A stretch of 64,000 nt of DNA from a virus, in the IMG/VR virus record IMGVR_UViG_3300037473_000389, positions 429 to 64,428 of that record. One strand, given 5' to 3'. The position numbers and the translations under genes were made by a program. Positions 40,531 through 50,425 of this stretch are shown in pieces. How positions within the stretch are numbered: the stretch's first letter is position 1; every line of letters starts with the position of its first letter. The notes under the pieces were generated by a model. That model ran no database searches, was not told the origin of the DNA, and saw only the letters and a program-made list of their open reading frames with translations.

Positions 40531-41383
40531 CGGAATTCAGTTCCTCGGCAAGCTTGCAGTAGAGGAGCATCTCCTCCACGGTCTCATCCTTGATATCGGT
40601 GACGTTGAGGCGTTCGAGACGAGAGATCGTCTCGGTGAAACGCTCGCGGGTGACCTGATCTCCCCTGACCTCTTCGATGTTCCGCGACTCTCGGAGGATC
40701 TTGAGGATCCGCTTCTTCTCATCGAAGAGGACCTTGGCGACCCGATCCATGTCTTCGTCGAAGAGGGCCTGGGAGTACGACTCGAGGATCCCACGTTGGG
40801 TCCCGGTGAGGTCTCTACCGTACCGCTCTTCGAACTTCTCGGTGGCCAGCTTGACGACGAGACCATCGACCTCACTGTCTCTCTGGAAGACATGCTCCTG
40901 ATCGGTGGTGGTCATGTACTTGATGATCCCTTCCTCGAGCTGGACCCGCTGGATCCCCTCGGAGAGTCGAGAAGAACCCCGGCATCCGTCGAGGAAGAGC
41001 TGGACGCTGGCCAGCAGCCTGTAGGTCGGGATCCTGAACTCGTCGAAGAAACCCTGGCCGAAAGTGTGGTGCACCTCCTTGATGAGGTTTGACTTCTTTA
41101 TGTCAAGCTTCCGAGCGTCTATCTTGGACGCCTCGAGGGCGACCATGGAGACGACCTTCCGGGCACCCTCCTCGGTCATCCCCCGGTTCCCCACGATCAC
41201 CTCAAAGAGGTCCCGTTCCCGGGCCATCGGGGTACCATGGGAGTAGTACTCCTTCACGATCCGAAGCGTCTGCGAGGCTCCAGCGGCGTCCTGGACGACC
41301 ATCTGGCTACCGAGCTTCCTGGTCAGGAGCTCGTAGGCCAGGCCCGTGTTCCTCTTCTTGTTGTGCCGAAATCTAGATGACAT
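40520..41383 (-). CDS. Conserved portal-adjacent head protein
   Basis: HNKKRNTGLAYELL, KKSNLIKEV, YRLLASV. Confidence 0.75.
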   Translation of the reverse strand: MSSRFRHNKKRNTGLAYELLTRKLGSQMVVQDAAGASQTLRIVKEYYSHGTPMARERDLFEVIVGNRGMTEEGARKVVSMVALEASKIDARKLDIKKSNLIKEVHHTFGQGFFDEFRIPTYRLLASVQLFLDGCRGSSRLSEGIQRVQLEEGIIKYMTTTDQEHVFQRDSEVDGLVVKLATEKFEERYGRDLTGTQRGILESYSQALFDEDMDRVAKVLFDEKKRILKILRESRNIEEVRGDQVTRERFTETISRLERLNVTDIKDETVEEMLLYCKLAEELNSDER

Positions 41384-41406
41384 ATTCTCTTGATGTCTCC
41401 GTTCTT

Positions 41407-41420
41407 CGTCTAATTAGACG
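41407..41420. promoter_or_regulatory. 14-bp palindrome CGTCTAATTAGACG containing the TAATTAG late motif
   Basis: Intergenic between portal and the next gene. Confidence 0.55.
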
Positions 41421-41431
41421 TTTTCGACCGA

Positions 41432-43348
41432 TCAGTCCTTCTTTCCGAACAACCTTCCGAAACGTTCGGTCCGCTTGATGGCCTCTATGAGCTTCTTCTC
41501 CACGGAATCAGATCCAGAATCGCTTTCCTCGGCAAGGAACATCTTGTGAGAAGTCATCCGGGCCACGCTGTCAGAGAAGGGCCGGCTGATGAGCCGGCTG
41601 AGATACTTCATGTCCGCCGGATCCGACGCCGTCTGCTTCTTCGTGCCAAAGACGTGCTTGCTCAGGTCCTCTCCAGAGGCGAAGAGGTTCTTTCCCTTGT
41701 CGACGGCGATCTCGGCCCGATCTCCCTCGGAACCCGGGTTGTGTCCCTTGACATCCGAGCCATCCTCAGACATCGACGTTAGGATGTCTCCCTCGAACTG
41801 GATGGACTCTGGCTGCGTCTCCGCGCCACCTTCGGCAGGCGCGGCTCCTCCAGATTCACCGCCGAGAGTCGTCGGAAGCTCTTCCTCTCCCGGGGCCGGG
41901 GCCCCGGTCTCGCCACCAGCCTCGGGCGAGGCGCCATCGGTCGGAAGCTGCATCTGTTCGAGGCTCAGGTCCTCAAGCTTGTCGACCTTCTTGCCCTCGC
42001 GGATCTTCTCGATCTTCCGGTCGTCAAACTTGAAGATCTCACGATAGACGGTCTCACGATCGAGCATGCCCTCCTGGGCCGTGCCCGCGATCTCAAACCT
42101 CATCCTCCAGAGCTCAAGCTTCTGTTGCTCGGCGATGGTAGAGGAGCTCGCCATCTCGATGTTGAAATCCACCAGATCCGATCCGCGGTAACCGAGGACA
42201 TAGAGGTGGATGATCGCGATCTTCTGGAGCTCTGCGATGATGATCTTCTGGATCCTCTGGATCGTGCGGGCGAAGCGGACGTCCTGTTGGGCGAGCGTCG
42301 CCTTCGAACCGACATCTCCCTCGTAACCGAGGTAAGACTTTGGGATCTTCAGGGCGGCGAAGAGTTTGTTCTGGATGTACTGGACGTCGTCGATGTCTCC
42401 CGTGAACTGTCCGCCCGGCAGGGTCGAGATATCCGAGCCCTTGTCTCCACGGACCGGGATGAAGTAATCCTCATCGACAGAGAGAGGGTTGTACCTGAGA
42501 TCGACGCGACCGGTGGCGGGATCGATGATCTGGTTCCGGCGAAGCTTGTTCTTCACCTGCTCCATGAACTCCTCGATACGATCCGGAGACACGTTGCCAA
42601 CATCGATCTTGAATACACGACGTTCCGGAGAACGGACGATGCGGTAGACCAACATCGCGTCCTCGATCAGGATGAGCTGACGCCAGATCCTCCGGGCGGC
42701 CTCGATCATCGACGAGCCGTACGGAAGGAAGCTGTCGTTTCCGAGAAGCCTGAAGTGGATGACCTGCCAGTTCTCCAGGATCATGTTGCCCTGGGTCACC
42801 CAGCGGAACCGTACGGCGAACGGGTCCCTCTTGTCGTACCCCTCCTCACGCTCGATCTCGTTGATCGGGATGGGAAGCAGGTTCAGGATCCCGTTCTCTT
42901 CCGAGGCGTCCACGAACAGGACGAAGTCACCGTACTTGCAGAGGTTACGGGCCCACGACCAGATGTTGAAATCGATGTTGAGGATGTCGTAGAAAAGTGT
43001 CTCGAGGACCTGCTTGATCTCACCGTTGCCCGTGACGATCTTGATGACCTGGTTCCGCTCGTCGAACTGCGTCGACTCGTCGGCCAGGATGTCCAGGGCG
43101 GAGTTGATCTCGGGAGTGAACTCCATCTCGGCGTAGTCGGCATAACGAGCCAACCGTTCGTACTGGCCATAGCTGGCCATCGAATGCACGTAGAGAGAAC
43201 TGAGTTCTTTCTTGTAGGCGAGCGCCGTGCCACGCGGCTCCCTGTTCGTCTCTCCGGCGGCGATCTTGTGCCGGATGACGGGGCCGCTGCGGAAGAGCCG
43301 GGTGAGGCGCTTCCAGACTGATTCTGGTCTCGGTTGTAGGTCAGCCAT
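41432..43348 (-). CDS. gp20: Portal protein (T4 gp20-like)
   Basis: HFRLLGND.FLPYGSS, LILIEDAMLVYRIVRSPERRVFKIDVGN, EDYFIPVRG, ISTLPGG, LKIPKSYL. Confidence 0.97.
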   Translation of the reverse strand: MADLQPRPESVWKRLTRLFRSGPVIRHKIAAGETNREPRGTALAYKKELSSLYVHSMASYGQYERLARYADYAEMEFTPEINSALDILADESTQFDERNQVIKIVTGNGEIKQVLETLFYDILNIDFNIWSWARNLCKYGDFVLFVDASEENGILNLLPIPINEIEREEGYDKRDPFAVRFRWVTQGNMILENWQVIHFRLLGNDSFLPYGSSMIEAARRIWRQLILIEDAMLVYRIVRSPERRVFKIDVGNVSPDRIEEFMEQVKNKLRRNQIIDPATGRVDLRYNPLSVDEDYFIPVRGDKGSDISTLPGGQFTGDIDDVQYIQNKLFAALKIPKSYLGYEGDVGSKATLAQQDVRFARTIQRIQKIIIAELQKIAIIHLYVLGYRGSDLVDFNIEMASSSTIAEQQKLELWRMRFEIAGTAQEGMLDRETVYREIFKFDDRKIEKIREGKKVDKLEDLSLEQMQLPTDGASPEAGGETGAPAPGEEELPTTLGGESGGAAPAEGGAETQPESIQFEGDILTSMSEDGSDVKGHNPGSEGDRAEIAVDKGKNLFASGEDLSKHVFGTKKQTASDPADMKYLSRLISRPFSDSVARMTSHKMFLAEESDSGSDSVEKKLIEAIKRTERFGRLFGKKD

Positions 43349-43351
43349 TCA

Positions 43352-45022
43352 TCATCCCTTACCGATCACCCAGCTGAGATCCACCACGACACCATTTGGC
43401 ATCGAGACCCTCATCGGATCTTGTGGTTTTCCCATCGGGGCGAGCTGGTTCTGTCTGGTGAACCGCGGGTCCTTCGAGGCCCCCGCGATGTCTGTGTTCT
43501 TGGTCCCCATGAGGGAGATCCCGAGGACCAGTTTTTCCTGGGTCTCCGCCGAGACTGTCTCAGTCGAAAGAAACGTCTCCCTGATCCAACATCCGATCGC
43601 GGCCGCCATGATCAGGTCGTCGTTGTATCCCTTCATGGCCTCGGCCTTGCCGTTGTGCCAGATGAAGGTCCTGAGCTGATCGAGCAACCTCTTGGAGTTT
43701 ACCGTCAGGTTGTGGTTACGAAGATACTCCTCGATCTTGGCCACCATGAGCGGCCTCGTCTTCGGAGATGTGGTGAATCCCGGGATCAGATCGATGTCTG
43801 GGTTCCCGTAGGTCATGTTCACTGCCTCACCCTGCTTCGTATCTCCCTTCCTTGAGAAGTAGACGTTCGGGTACTCCAACAGCTGGAGATCTCGGAGGCA
43901 AGACATTCCGATGTTGTTGTTCTCGACCACGACCAGGGCGTTGTTGTATTCCCGACCGGTAGAATCGATCACCTTGGCGAACTCATCCGGCTTCAGTTTT
44001 CCGCAGTACTCGGCGACCTGAAGCATGGTCTCGGGTTCGAAGACGTGGAACGCCGAGAAGTCACGTCCGTCACCTCGGGCCACGTCGGCCGAGAGCAGGT
44101 AACGGACGCTCTGCATCGGACGATGCCAGACGAAAAGATTGCGATCGTAGTATTCCCGATAGAGCGGATCCTGTATGCAGTCCTTCTCCATCCACTCGAT
44201 GGCCTCGGTCGAGATGACCGTATCACCAGAGGCGTTGAAGTTGCACTCGAGCTCCTGGGCCACGTCCCTCGGCGACATGTTTGTCGCCTTGATCTCGTTG
44301 CGGTACCAGCTGGAAGTCTTGAAGCCAGGCCTGTTCGGATCGTCCGTGAGGTCCGAGATGCGTTCTGGATGCTCCCACCACATCAGCTTCGTGGGATGGA
44401 AGTCGTTCATCCCGCTCTCCGCTCCAGTGTAGGTCAGGTGGAACAGGTTCCCGACGCCATTCGGGGTCGAGAGCATGATGACCTTACCACCGGCGGTGAC
44501 GGTGGGGCGAAGACCGGTCCAGATCTCATCGAGCTTGTCGATGTGGGCCGCCTCGTCCACGATGAGGAGCGAGAGGGCCTCAGAACGACCGGCGTCTCCC
44601 GAGCTCGCGATGGCCTTGATTCGGCTACCGTTGCTGAGCTCGATGGACAGCTTGTTGTCTGTCGTGATCTGGCTGAGCATGAGCCACTGGGGGATCTTGC
44701 TCAGGGCCACCTCGACCTTTCGGATGATGTTCATGGCCGTGTCCTGCTTGGTGGCCATGACGAGGATGTTCTTGTCTCGATGAAAGAGCATCAGCCACGC
44801 GGCATACGCGGCGGTGATCTCCGAGATGCCCAGCTGACGGGCCTTGAGGATGATGTTGAAACGATGACGACGGTAGCTGTCGATCAGTCCATCTTGGTAG
44901 TCAAAGAGGGCGAACGGGATGAGACCACGTGTCGGGTGCTGGATCTTGACGTACTTCCGGATGAAGTACTGCGGATCCTTACCACACTTGATGATCTCGT
45001 TTCTGATCGCCCGCTTGTCCAC
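43352..45022 (-). CDS. gp17: Terminase large subunit
   Basis: ILKARQLGIS, LLIVDEAAH, LSTPNG, QELEC, SADVARGDG.DFS, GYNDDLIMA. Confidence 0.97.
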   Translation of the reverse strand: MDKRAIRNEIIKCGKDPQYFIRKYVKIQHPTRGLIPFALFDYQDGLIDSYRRHRFNIILKARQLGISEITAAYAAWLMLFHRDKNILVMATKQDTAMNIIRKVEVALSKIPQWLMLSQITTDNKLSIELSNGSRIKAIASSGDAGRSEALSLLIVDEAAHIDKLDEIWTGLRPTVTAGGKVIMLSTPNGVGNLFHLTYTGAESGMNDFHPTKLMWWEHPERISDLTDDPNRPGFKTSSWYRNEIKATNMSPRDVAQELECNFNASGDTVISTEAIEWMEKDCIQDPLYREYYDRNLFVWHRPMQSVRYLLSADVARGDGRDFSAFHVFEPETMLQVAEYCGKLKPDEFAKVIDSTGREYNNALVVVENNNIGMSCLRDLQLLEYPNVYFSRKGDTKQGEAVNMTYGNPDIDLIPGFTTSPKTRPLMVAKIEEYLRNHNLTVNSKRLLDQLRTFIWHNGKAEAMKGYNDDLIMAAAIGCWIRETFLSTETVSAETQEKLVLGISLMGTKNTDIAGASKDPRFTRQNQLAPMGKPQDPMRVSMPNGVVVDLSWVIGKG

Positions 45023-45034
45023 TGGACTGCTACC

Positions 45035-45457
45035 TCAGCGGACGGCCAGATCGATCTTGAAGACTCTCCAGGAGATGAAGTAATATCTCTCGTTGAGGCT
45101 GACCTTCTGGACAGAATAGCTCCGAAGATCCTTCTGCTCCTTGACAGAGAGGGCCTTCTTCGTCCTCTTGCGGAATTCCTTCTTGAGGTATTTCAGACCC
45201 TCTCCCAGACACTTCTCGGCGTTCTTCTCGACATCCCGCATCCTGTCAGGAGTGCTCAGGAACATCTCGTAAGTGTGGTAGGCGAGCCTCATCTGGTCGC
45301 CCTGCAGGGTCAGGACAAAATTCTCGGTGGGAAGCCGACGAATCTCCGGATCGAACTTGCGATCCTCCATGATCTGCTTCATCACGGAGAGCTGCTCGGC
45401 GACCGGGAGATCTTCCGGGTCGTACTCGGTTACTTCAAAGCTTTCAGGATTTTGCAT
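45035..45457 (-). CDS. Hypothetical protein upstream of terminase
   Basis: 140-aa ORF downstream of a TACTTAA motif. Confidence 0.7.
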   Translation of the reverse strand: MQNPESFEVTEYDPEDLPVAEQLSVMKQIMEDRKFDPEIRRLPTENFVLTLQGDQMRLAYHTYEMFLSTPDRMRDVEKNAEKCLGEGLKYLKKEFRKRTKKALSVKEQKDLRSYSVQKVSLNERYYFISWRVFKIDLAVR

Positions 45458-45532
45458 ATCGTAGAACGCTCCCTAGGGCGCAGGCGCGCCTCTTGACTAG
45501 GTAGGAGCTTCTACGAAAAGAATGAAGAGTTC

Positions 45533-45796
45533 TTAAGTATTGGGGAGCTTGGAGGAGTTGTAAATAGACGGACGCCATCTCTCCTCGAAATTTCTCATGT
45601 CCTCAGCCGAGGGACGCCAGCCATCCAACCACCGTTGTTCTCGTCCCTCAATGAACTCAAGGAAGCAGTAGTAACAGCACTTCCACTTGTAGAAAGTAGT
45701 GTTCGACTTGCCCTTCATCGGACCATTGCACTGCGGACACCAGAACGGTACCCGAAGGGCCATACGTTCTTCATCTGTCACGGTTTTATCACCCAC
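45533..45796 (-). CDS. Small Cys-rich (Zn-binding) hypothetical protein
   Basis: CPQC...CCYYC..F.EGRE..W..GWRP; its TAA stop lies within a TACTTAA motif. Confidence 0.7.
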   Translation of the reverse strand: MGDKTVTDEERMALRVPFWCPQCNGPMKGKSNTTFYKWKCCYYCFLEFIEGREQRWLDGWRPSAEDMRNFEERWRPSIYNSSKLPNT

Positions 45797-46080
45797 CAGG
45801 TCAGTTGTCTATTGATCTTCCGTCCATCCTCGAGGACGAGGGACATCTGCAGGGCCGCGACCCCATCGGACACCCCCTCATCGATCTTGAACTTCACGAT
45901 GACCTTCCGTCCCCAACGGCCCACCTCTCCGGGGATCCTCTTCCCGTCGGAGTCGACGAGGATGAAACCACAGGAGTGTGAACTCTTGAAATGCTTCGGG
46001 CTCAGGACGACCTTGAACTCGTAGTCTCCAAGTTCATGGTAGGTTTCGCGGATGTTCGAGACGATGAACAGATCTTCCAT
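45778..46080 (-). CDS. Hypothetical protein
   Basis: 100-aa coupled ORF. Confidence 0.6.
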   Translation of the reverse strand: MEDLFIVSNIRETYHELGDYEFKVVLSPKHFKSSHSCGFILVDSDGKRIPGEVGRWGRKVIVKFKIDEGVSDGVAALQMSLVLEDGRKINRQLTWWVIKP

Positions 46081-46081
46081 G

Positions 46082-46894
46082 TCAGTGAGTCTTCTCGAAT
46101 GGTCTCCACTCGAAAGTCAGACCATAGTACTTGTCCACCGTTCCGTTGATCCCAAGCCAGACTGCCGGGCCAAAAGAGAACTGCCTGAGCTTGTAGTTCA
46201 GGCCAACCGAGACCAACGCGCCGAGACCAGATTGGTTAGAACCTACCCCGAGACCCGTCGTGATCCCGATCCCCTCGTACCAGTGAGGCTTGAAGAGGTA
46301 CGGGTTGACCGCGGCCAGGTGGATGTCCACCCCGAAACGGTCATCGTCCGTGGTCACGTAGGTATGCCAGGCCTTGTCCTTGTCCTGGGAGACCGCCAGG
46401 GTGAGCCGAAGGGGCTTGCCAGGGCTCAGGCGGACCCAGCTCTGGGCCGGGTTGGTGATGGTCCACCCGTCGACCCTGACCACCCCGAAATCGTCGTGGA
46501 AATCCACCTTGGTCCTGTCGGGCTTTCCAGGCTGACCCGGGACGGTGGTCTGGGTGGCGTTCTTCAGTTCTTCCAGCTGGTGCTTAAGACCGACATTGAT
46601 CTCATTCACCGCCAGTATGTCCTGCTTCCCCTTCCTGATCTGTTCAAGAAGATCCTTGGTTGTCTTGTCCTTAGAACTGAGTAGCTTTTGCAGGTTATCA
46701 TTCTGGAGAGTGAGCTTGTGATAGAGCCCATCTTTCAGCTCGATCGTCTGGTCCTTGCTGGCCGCCACGTTCTGGAGCTCTATGATCTTCTTCTCGTAGG
46801 ACCGTTGCTTGGACACGGCGTAGATCGCGAAGAAGACCAACAGGGCCGCGAATGACCCGGTCAATACAAGATGCAATTTCGTCAGGAGGGTCAT
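46082..46894 (-). CDS. Membrane-anchored coiled-coil protein with a beta-rich C-terminus (spanin-like)
   Basis: N-terminal TM, heptad region, C-terminal alternating strands ending YYGLTFEW. Confidence 0.55.
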   Translation of the reverse strand: MTLLTKLHLVLTGSFAALLVFFAIYAVSKQRSYEKKIIELQNVAASKDQTIELKDGLYHKLTLQNDNLQKLLSSKDKTTKDLLEQIRKGKQDILAVNEINVGLKHQLEELKNATQTTVPGQPGKPDRTKVDFHDDFGVVRVDGWTITNPAQSWVRLSPGKPLRLTLAVSQDKDKAWHTYVTTDDDRFGVDIHLAAVNPYLFKPHWYEGIGITTGLGVGSNQSGLGALVSVGLNYKLRQFSFGPAVWLGINGTVDKYYGLTFEWRPFEKTH

Positions 46895-47193
46895 CAGGCG
46901 TCTTTCTTTCCGTGGGCCGGCTCCGGAACATCGTCATCTGTTCCCTCGATGCCATCCGGACCCGCTCCGTACTTGGTCTCAGAGTGACGACGGGCGACGT
47001 AGGCTCCAAGGGTCGGGGTCAGCAGGGCAGCGATCGTCGAGGCATCCACCTGACCAGCCGAGACGTCCTGTCCCTTGATCTTGAAAGAGACTCCCGCCAG
47101 CAGGAACTTGAAGATGACCACCGCGAACGCGATCGCGGCGAAGGTCAACATCGCGTCAGGTTTCCCGTCAGTGTTCTTGATCCAAAATTTCAT
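46894..47193 (-). CDS. Two-TM holin-like protein
   Basis: DGKPDAMLTFAAIAFAVVIFKFLLAG; AALLTPTLGAYVARR; charged tail. Confidence 0.6.
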   Translation of the reverse strand: MKFWIKNTDGKPDAMLTFAAIAFAVVIFKFLLAGVSFKIKGQDVSAGQVDASTIAALLTPTLGAYVARRHSETKYGAGPDGIEGTDDDVPEPAHGKKDA

Positions 47194-47203
47194 GTCTTTC
47201 TCC

Positions 47204-50200
47204 CTAGCCCACCTGAACGTGGGCGTATCCCTCGTCGTCTGTCGTGATGTCGATCATGTTGTCGACAAAATCTTTCATGACGTCCGAATGGCTGATAACA
47301 ATTATGTGATCAAAGACTGTCCGGAGGTAATCAAACATCCGGTTGACGTTCTCCATGTTCTTCGGATCCAGCTTTCCGAAACCCTCGTCTATGATGAAGA
47401 GGTTCGTCTTCGGAAGGTTCGAGATGTTCAACAGAGCATTGCGTAGAGCGATCGAACTGAGGAACTTCTCCGCTCCCGATCCCAGTTCGATGAGACGTTG
47501 CCTGTACTCCCCGTACTGCAGGAAGATCCGGAACGTCTCTTCTTCCTCGTTCCACTCGACATGCACGTTGAAATCTGCGCAGGACGAAAGGATCTTGTTG
47601 ATCTCCTCGTTCACCAACGGAAGCTTCTGTTTCAGGATGTCAAGGGCGATTCCATCCTTGCCCATGGCCGAGATGAAATGTTCGTAGGCCGTGCAGATGT
47701 CCCTGAGCTCTTCGAGTCTTGACAGCTCCGAGGTCAGCTTCTCCAGCATCGTTGTCTGACCGCCCAACGTGCCATGCAGGGACTTGAGGTTTTCCTGTTC
47801 CCTGGCCTCAGCCTTTGTGAGCTTAAGCTTCTCAGTCTTAAGGCCCAAGATCATCTCATCCAGGCGTTCGTTCTCCCTGACATCCTGCTCAGCCTGGGCA
47901 AACCTACCAAGATCCTCCTGCGCACGAAGCTTGTTGTTCATGGCCGCGTCAAGCTTAAGATGCAGGTTCTCAAGCCTCAGCTTGTCATTCGCGATCGATC
48001 CGAGGATCTCCTTCCGGCGTGAGTTCGTCCGGACCAGCTCCCGGTACTTTTCCGAAAGAAACGCAAGCTCCGTCACATCGCAGGCCAGGTTGGCGGCATC
48101 CTGCTTCAGTTCCATCCAGGAACGTTCGAGCGAGGGGATGCCATCCTTCGAAGCGAAGGCATCGACAAGAAACTTACACTCTGGAAAAGTGTCACCACAG
48201 GGGACCTCATCGAGGAGGGGGAGCTTCTTCCTCTCGGAAGACAGTTGGGCAGAGAGCTTGGCCTGGTCCCTGCCGATCTTCTCCAACCTATCCTTGGCGA
48301 TGATGTACTCGTCGGACTTTTTCTTGAGCTCTTCCTCAGATTCATCGATGACAGGAAGCTTGAATTCCAGCTCACGATTGTGTTCGATCAGTTTTTCAAG
48401 ATTTTCTCTCTCTTCTTCAAGATCTGAATATTCTTTAAGAGCAGCGGCCAGCCTCTTCCTGGCATCGACCGGATCGACCGAGGAATCGACCTTGATCTTC
48501 TGGGAACTCAGCTTGACGATTTTGTCTTCGATCTCCCTGATCTTCCCCCTCTTCTCTTCCAGAGCCAGCTCCACAACCCGGATCTCTTCCGAGATGCTGC
48601 TGACACGGTCAGAGTGCTTGGCGATTTCTTCTGGAATTCCCGCGTCCTCGAGATCACGAAGATCATCGTAAAGCTCCTTCGCCTCCATCTTGGCGATGTT
48701 TCCCTTGATCTCAAACATGTCCAGATCAAGGAACTTGTAGAGGATCCGTTTCCGTTCGGTCTCCTTGCACTGGATGATGTCCGACGGGTTCCACTGGGCG
48801 AACAGGTTGCTCAGCATGAAATCGTCGAACGACCCAACCCGCTTCCGGACCGCGCGCTCGGTCTCCGGACGGCTCACCCCATTCAACGTTTCCTTGATCC
48901 CCGTGACGTCCTCGACCCCGTAGAAGTTCACCTGGGTCTTTCCCCACTCCTTCGTAGGTCCAGAACGCTGACCATACTTCACCCTCTCGATCGTCCTTTC
49001 GAGGATGTACTGTTTGTTCTCGGCCTCGAGTTCAACGAGGGCTGTGGCCTGATCCTTGTTGTCGTTGATCAGAAAGACGTTCTTTGCGATGCCTTTTGTC
49101 GTGGAATCGAAGAGCGTCTGCATGATCACATCGATCATGTTCGACTTTCCCGAGGCGTTTGGAGCGAAGATGCCCGTCAGGCCCGAGATCGAAGAGAAAT
49201 CGATGTGGTTCCCCTCTCCATAGTTGAACAGGTTGTTCCAGTAGATGCATCGGACCTTCCAGAAGACGTTTCTCGCCTGGTCGTCCGCCTGTTCCATCTC
49301 GATCTGGATCCGCTTGTTCAGGTCCATGATCTTCGAAAGAACCTTCTCGCTCAGTCCCTTCTCTGAGAGGAAACGGCGAAGGAGACGCTCCTGCACCTCG
49401 AGCAGTCGTAGGTTGTCGTGGGCAACGCTATCTTTCCCTATGGTAGATCTCGACTGGCCGACATTCACCACAGAGAGTGTGATCACATCGTGTGGGTTGT
49501 ACTTCTTCTTGACCTGTCGCTCGATCGCCTTCTGCTCGACCAGGGTCAGAGGACCCTTCGGTCTGATCCGGATGCGAGCATCCTCTGGGACATCGATCTT
49601 CGGCAGCGTCTTGTCAAGATTCAGATCGATCGTGACGAACGGTCGGGATCCCTTCAGATAGACCGAAAAAACATCATGCTCCGTCTTACTCTTGATATCC
49701 CAGACAAGAAAACCCTTCTCGGCGTCCTCTCCGAAATTTTGCTGGATGAGCGAGCCGGCGTACCCAATTCTCCGTTCAGCATCCATGAACTGCTGCTTGT
49801 GGATGTCACCCATCAGGACGTAATCTAATCCAGAAAACAGGCTCAGTTCCTGTTCTGTGTGGGTCATTCGCCAGTTCGAATCCGTGACACAGTTCAGGAC
49901 AGAACCGTGAAACAATCCGATATTAGTGTCCTGCGGATATTCCGCCCAATGCATCGGTTTCGGATAGTTTTCCTGATCACCGATTCCGAAAATCCAGAAA
50001 TTGACCTGTGGACCAGAATGCCAATCAGCTGCGCATTCTCCCCGATTGCAAAACTCACAGAGATCCCGAGCCGAAAAAGCAACGACACGGCCACTCTTCT
50101 TGTGGAGCCTGATCCGTGGATTATTAATACTCTCGACGATCGGCGTGATGGCATCCTGACGATCAGCATTCATCAAATTCAAATCGTGGTTGCCCAGGAT

Positions 50201-50425
50201 GATGTGAAGACGGGCAATCTCTGCGAGCTTCCTGAAGTGTGTTGACGCCATCTCCACGAACTCTGGAGATATCTGCGTTTTTGTATGCGCCGTGTCACCT
50301 GTGTTAACAATCAGGTCGGGTCTCAATTCCCAAAGCTTTTCGTAGAGATTATCAAAGACGCGTCTGTAATCTGCATGGTACTTGAGGTTACGAATGTGTA
50401 TGTCAGAGATGTGCGCGATCCTCAT
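47204..50425 (-). CDS. Fused Mre11/SbcD nuclease and Rad50/SbcC ATPase
   Basis: HISDIH, GDTAH, GNHD, FHG, MGDIH; APNASGKS; coiled coil with CGDTFPEC; LGSGAE; FIIDEGFG.LD; ISH. Confidence 0.95.
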   Translation of the reverse strand: MRIAHISDIHIRNLKYHADYRRVFDNLYEKLWELRPDLIVNTGDTAHTKTQISPEFVEMASTHFRKLAEIARLHIILGNHDLNLMNADRQDAITPIVESINNPRIRLHKKSGRVVAFSARDLCEFCNRGECAADWHSGPQVNFWIFGIGDQENYPKPMHWAEYPQDTNIGLFHGSVLNCVTDSNWRMTHTEQELSLFSGLDYVLMGDIHKQQFMDAERRIGYAGSLIQQNFGEDAEKGFLVWDIKSKTEHDVFSVYLKGSRPFVTIDLNLDKTLPKIDVPEDARIRIRPKGPLTLVEQKAIERQVKKKYNPHDVITLSVVNVGQSRSTIGKDSVAHDNLRLLEVQERLLRRFLSEKGLSEKVLSKIMDLNKRIQIEMEQADDQARNVFWKVRCIYWNNLFNYGEGNHIDFSSISGLTGIFAPNASGKSNMIDVIMQTLFDSTTKGIAKNVFLINDNKDQATALVELEAENKQYILERTIERVKYGQRSGPTKEWGKTQVNFYGVEDVTGIKETLNGVSRPETERAVRKRVGSFDDFMLSNLFAQWNPSDIIQCKETERKRILYKFLDLDMFEIKGNIAKMEAKELYDDLRDLEDAGIPEEIAKHSDRVSSISEEIRVVELALEEKRGKIREIEDKIVKLSSQKIKVDSSVDPVDARKRLAAALKEYSDLEEERENLEKLIEHNRELEFKLPVIDESEEELKKKSDEYIIAKDRLEKIGRDQAKLSAQLSSERKKLPLLDEVPCGDTFPECKFLVDAFASKDGIPSLERSWMELKQDAANLACDVTELAFLSEKYRELVRTNSRRKEILGSIANDKLRLENLHLKLDAAMNNKLRAQEDLGRFAQAEQDVRENERLDEMILGLKTEKLKLTKAEAREQENLKSLHGTLGGQTTMLEKLTSELSRLEELRDICTAYEHFISAMGKDGIALDILKQKLPLVNEEINKILSSCADFNVHVEWNEEEETFRIFLQYGEYRQRLIELGSGAEKFLSSIALRNALLNISNLPKTNLFIIDEGFGKLDPKNMENVNRMFDYLRTVFDHIIVISHSDVMKDFVDNMIDITTDDEGYAHVQVG

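Noticed and set aside
41432-50425. Introns or inteins in terminase, portal, SbcCD, primase or PolA
   Set aside because: The ORFs are continuous, of expected size, and show no C/S...HN-C/S/T intein boundaries or LAGLIDADG inserts.
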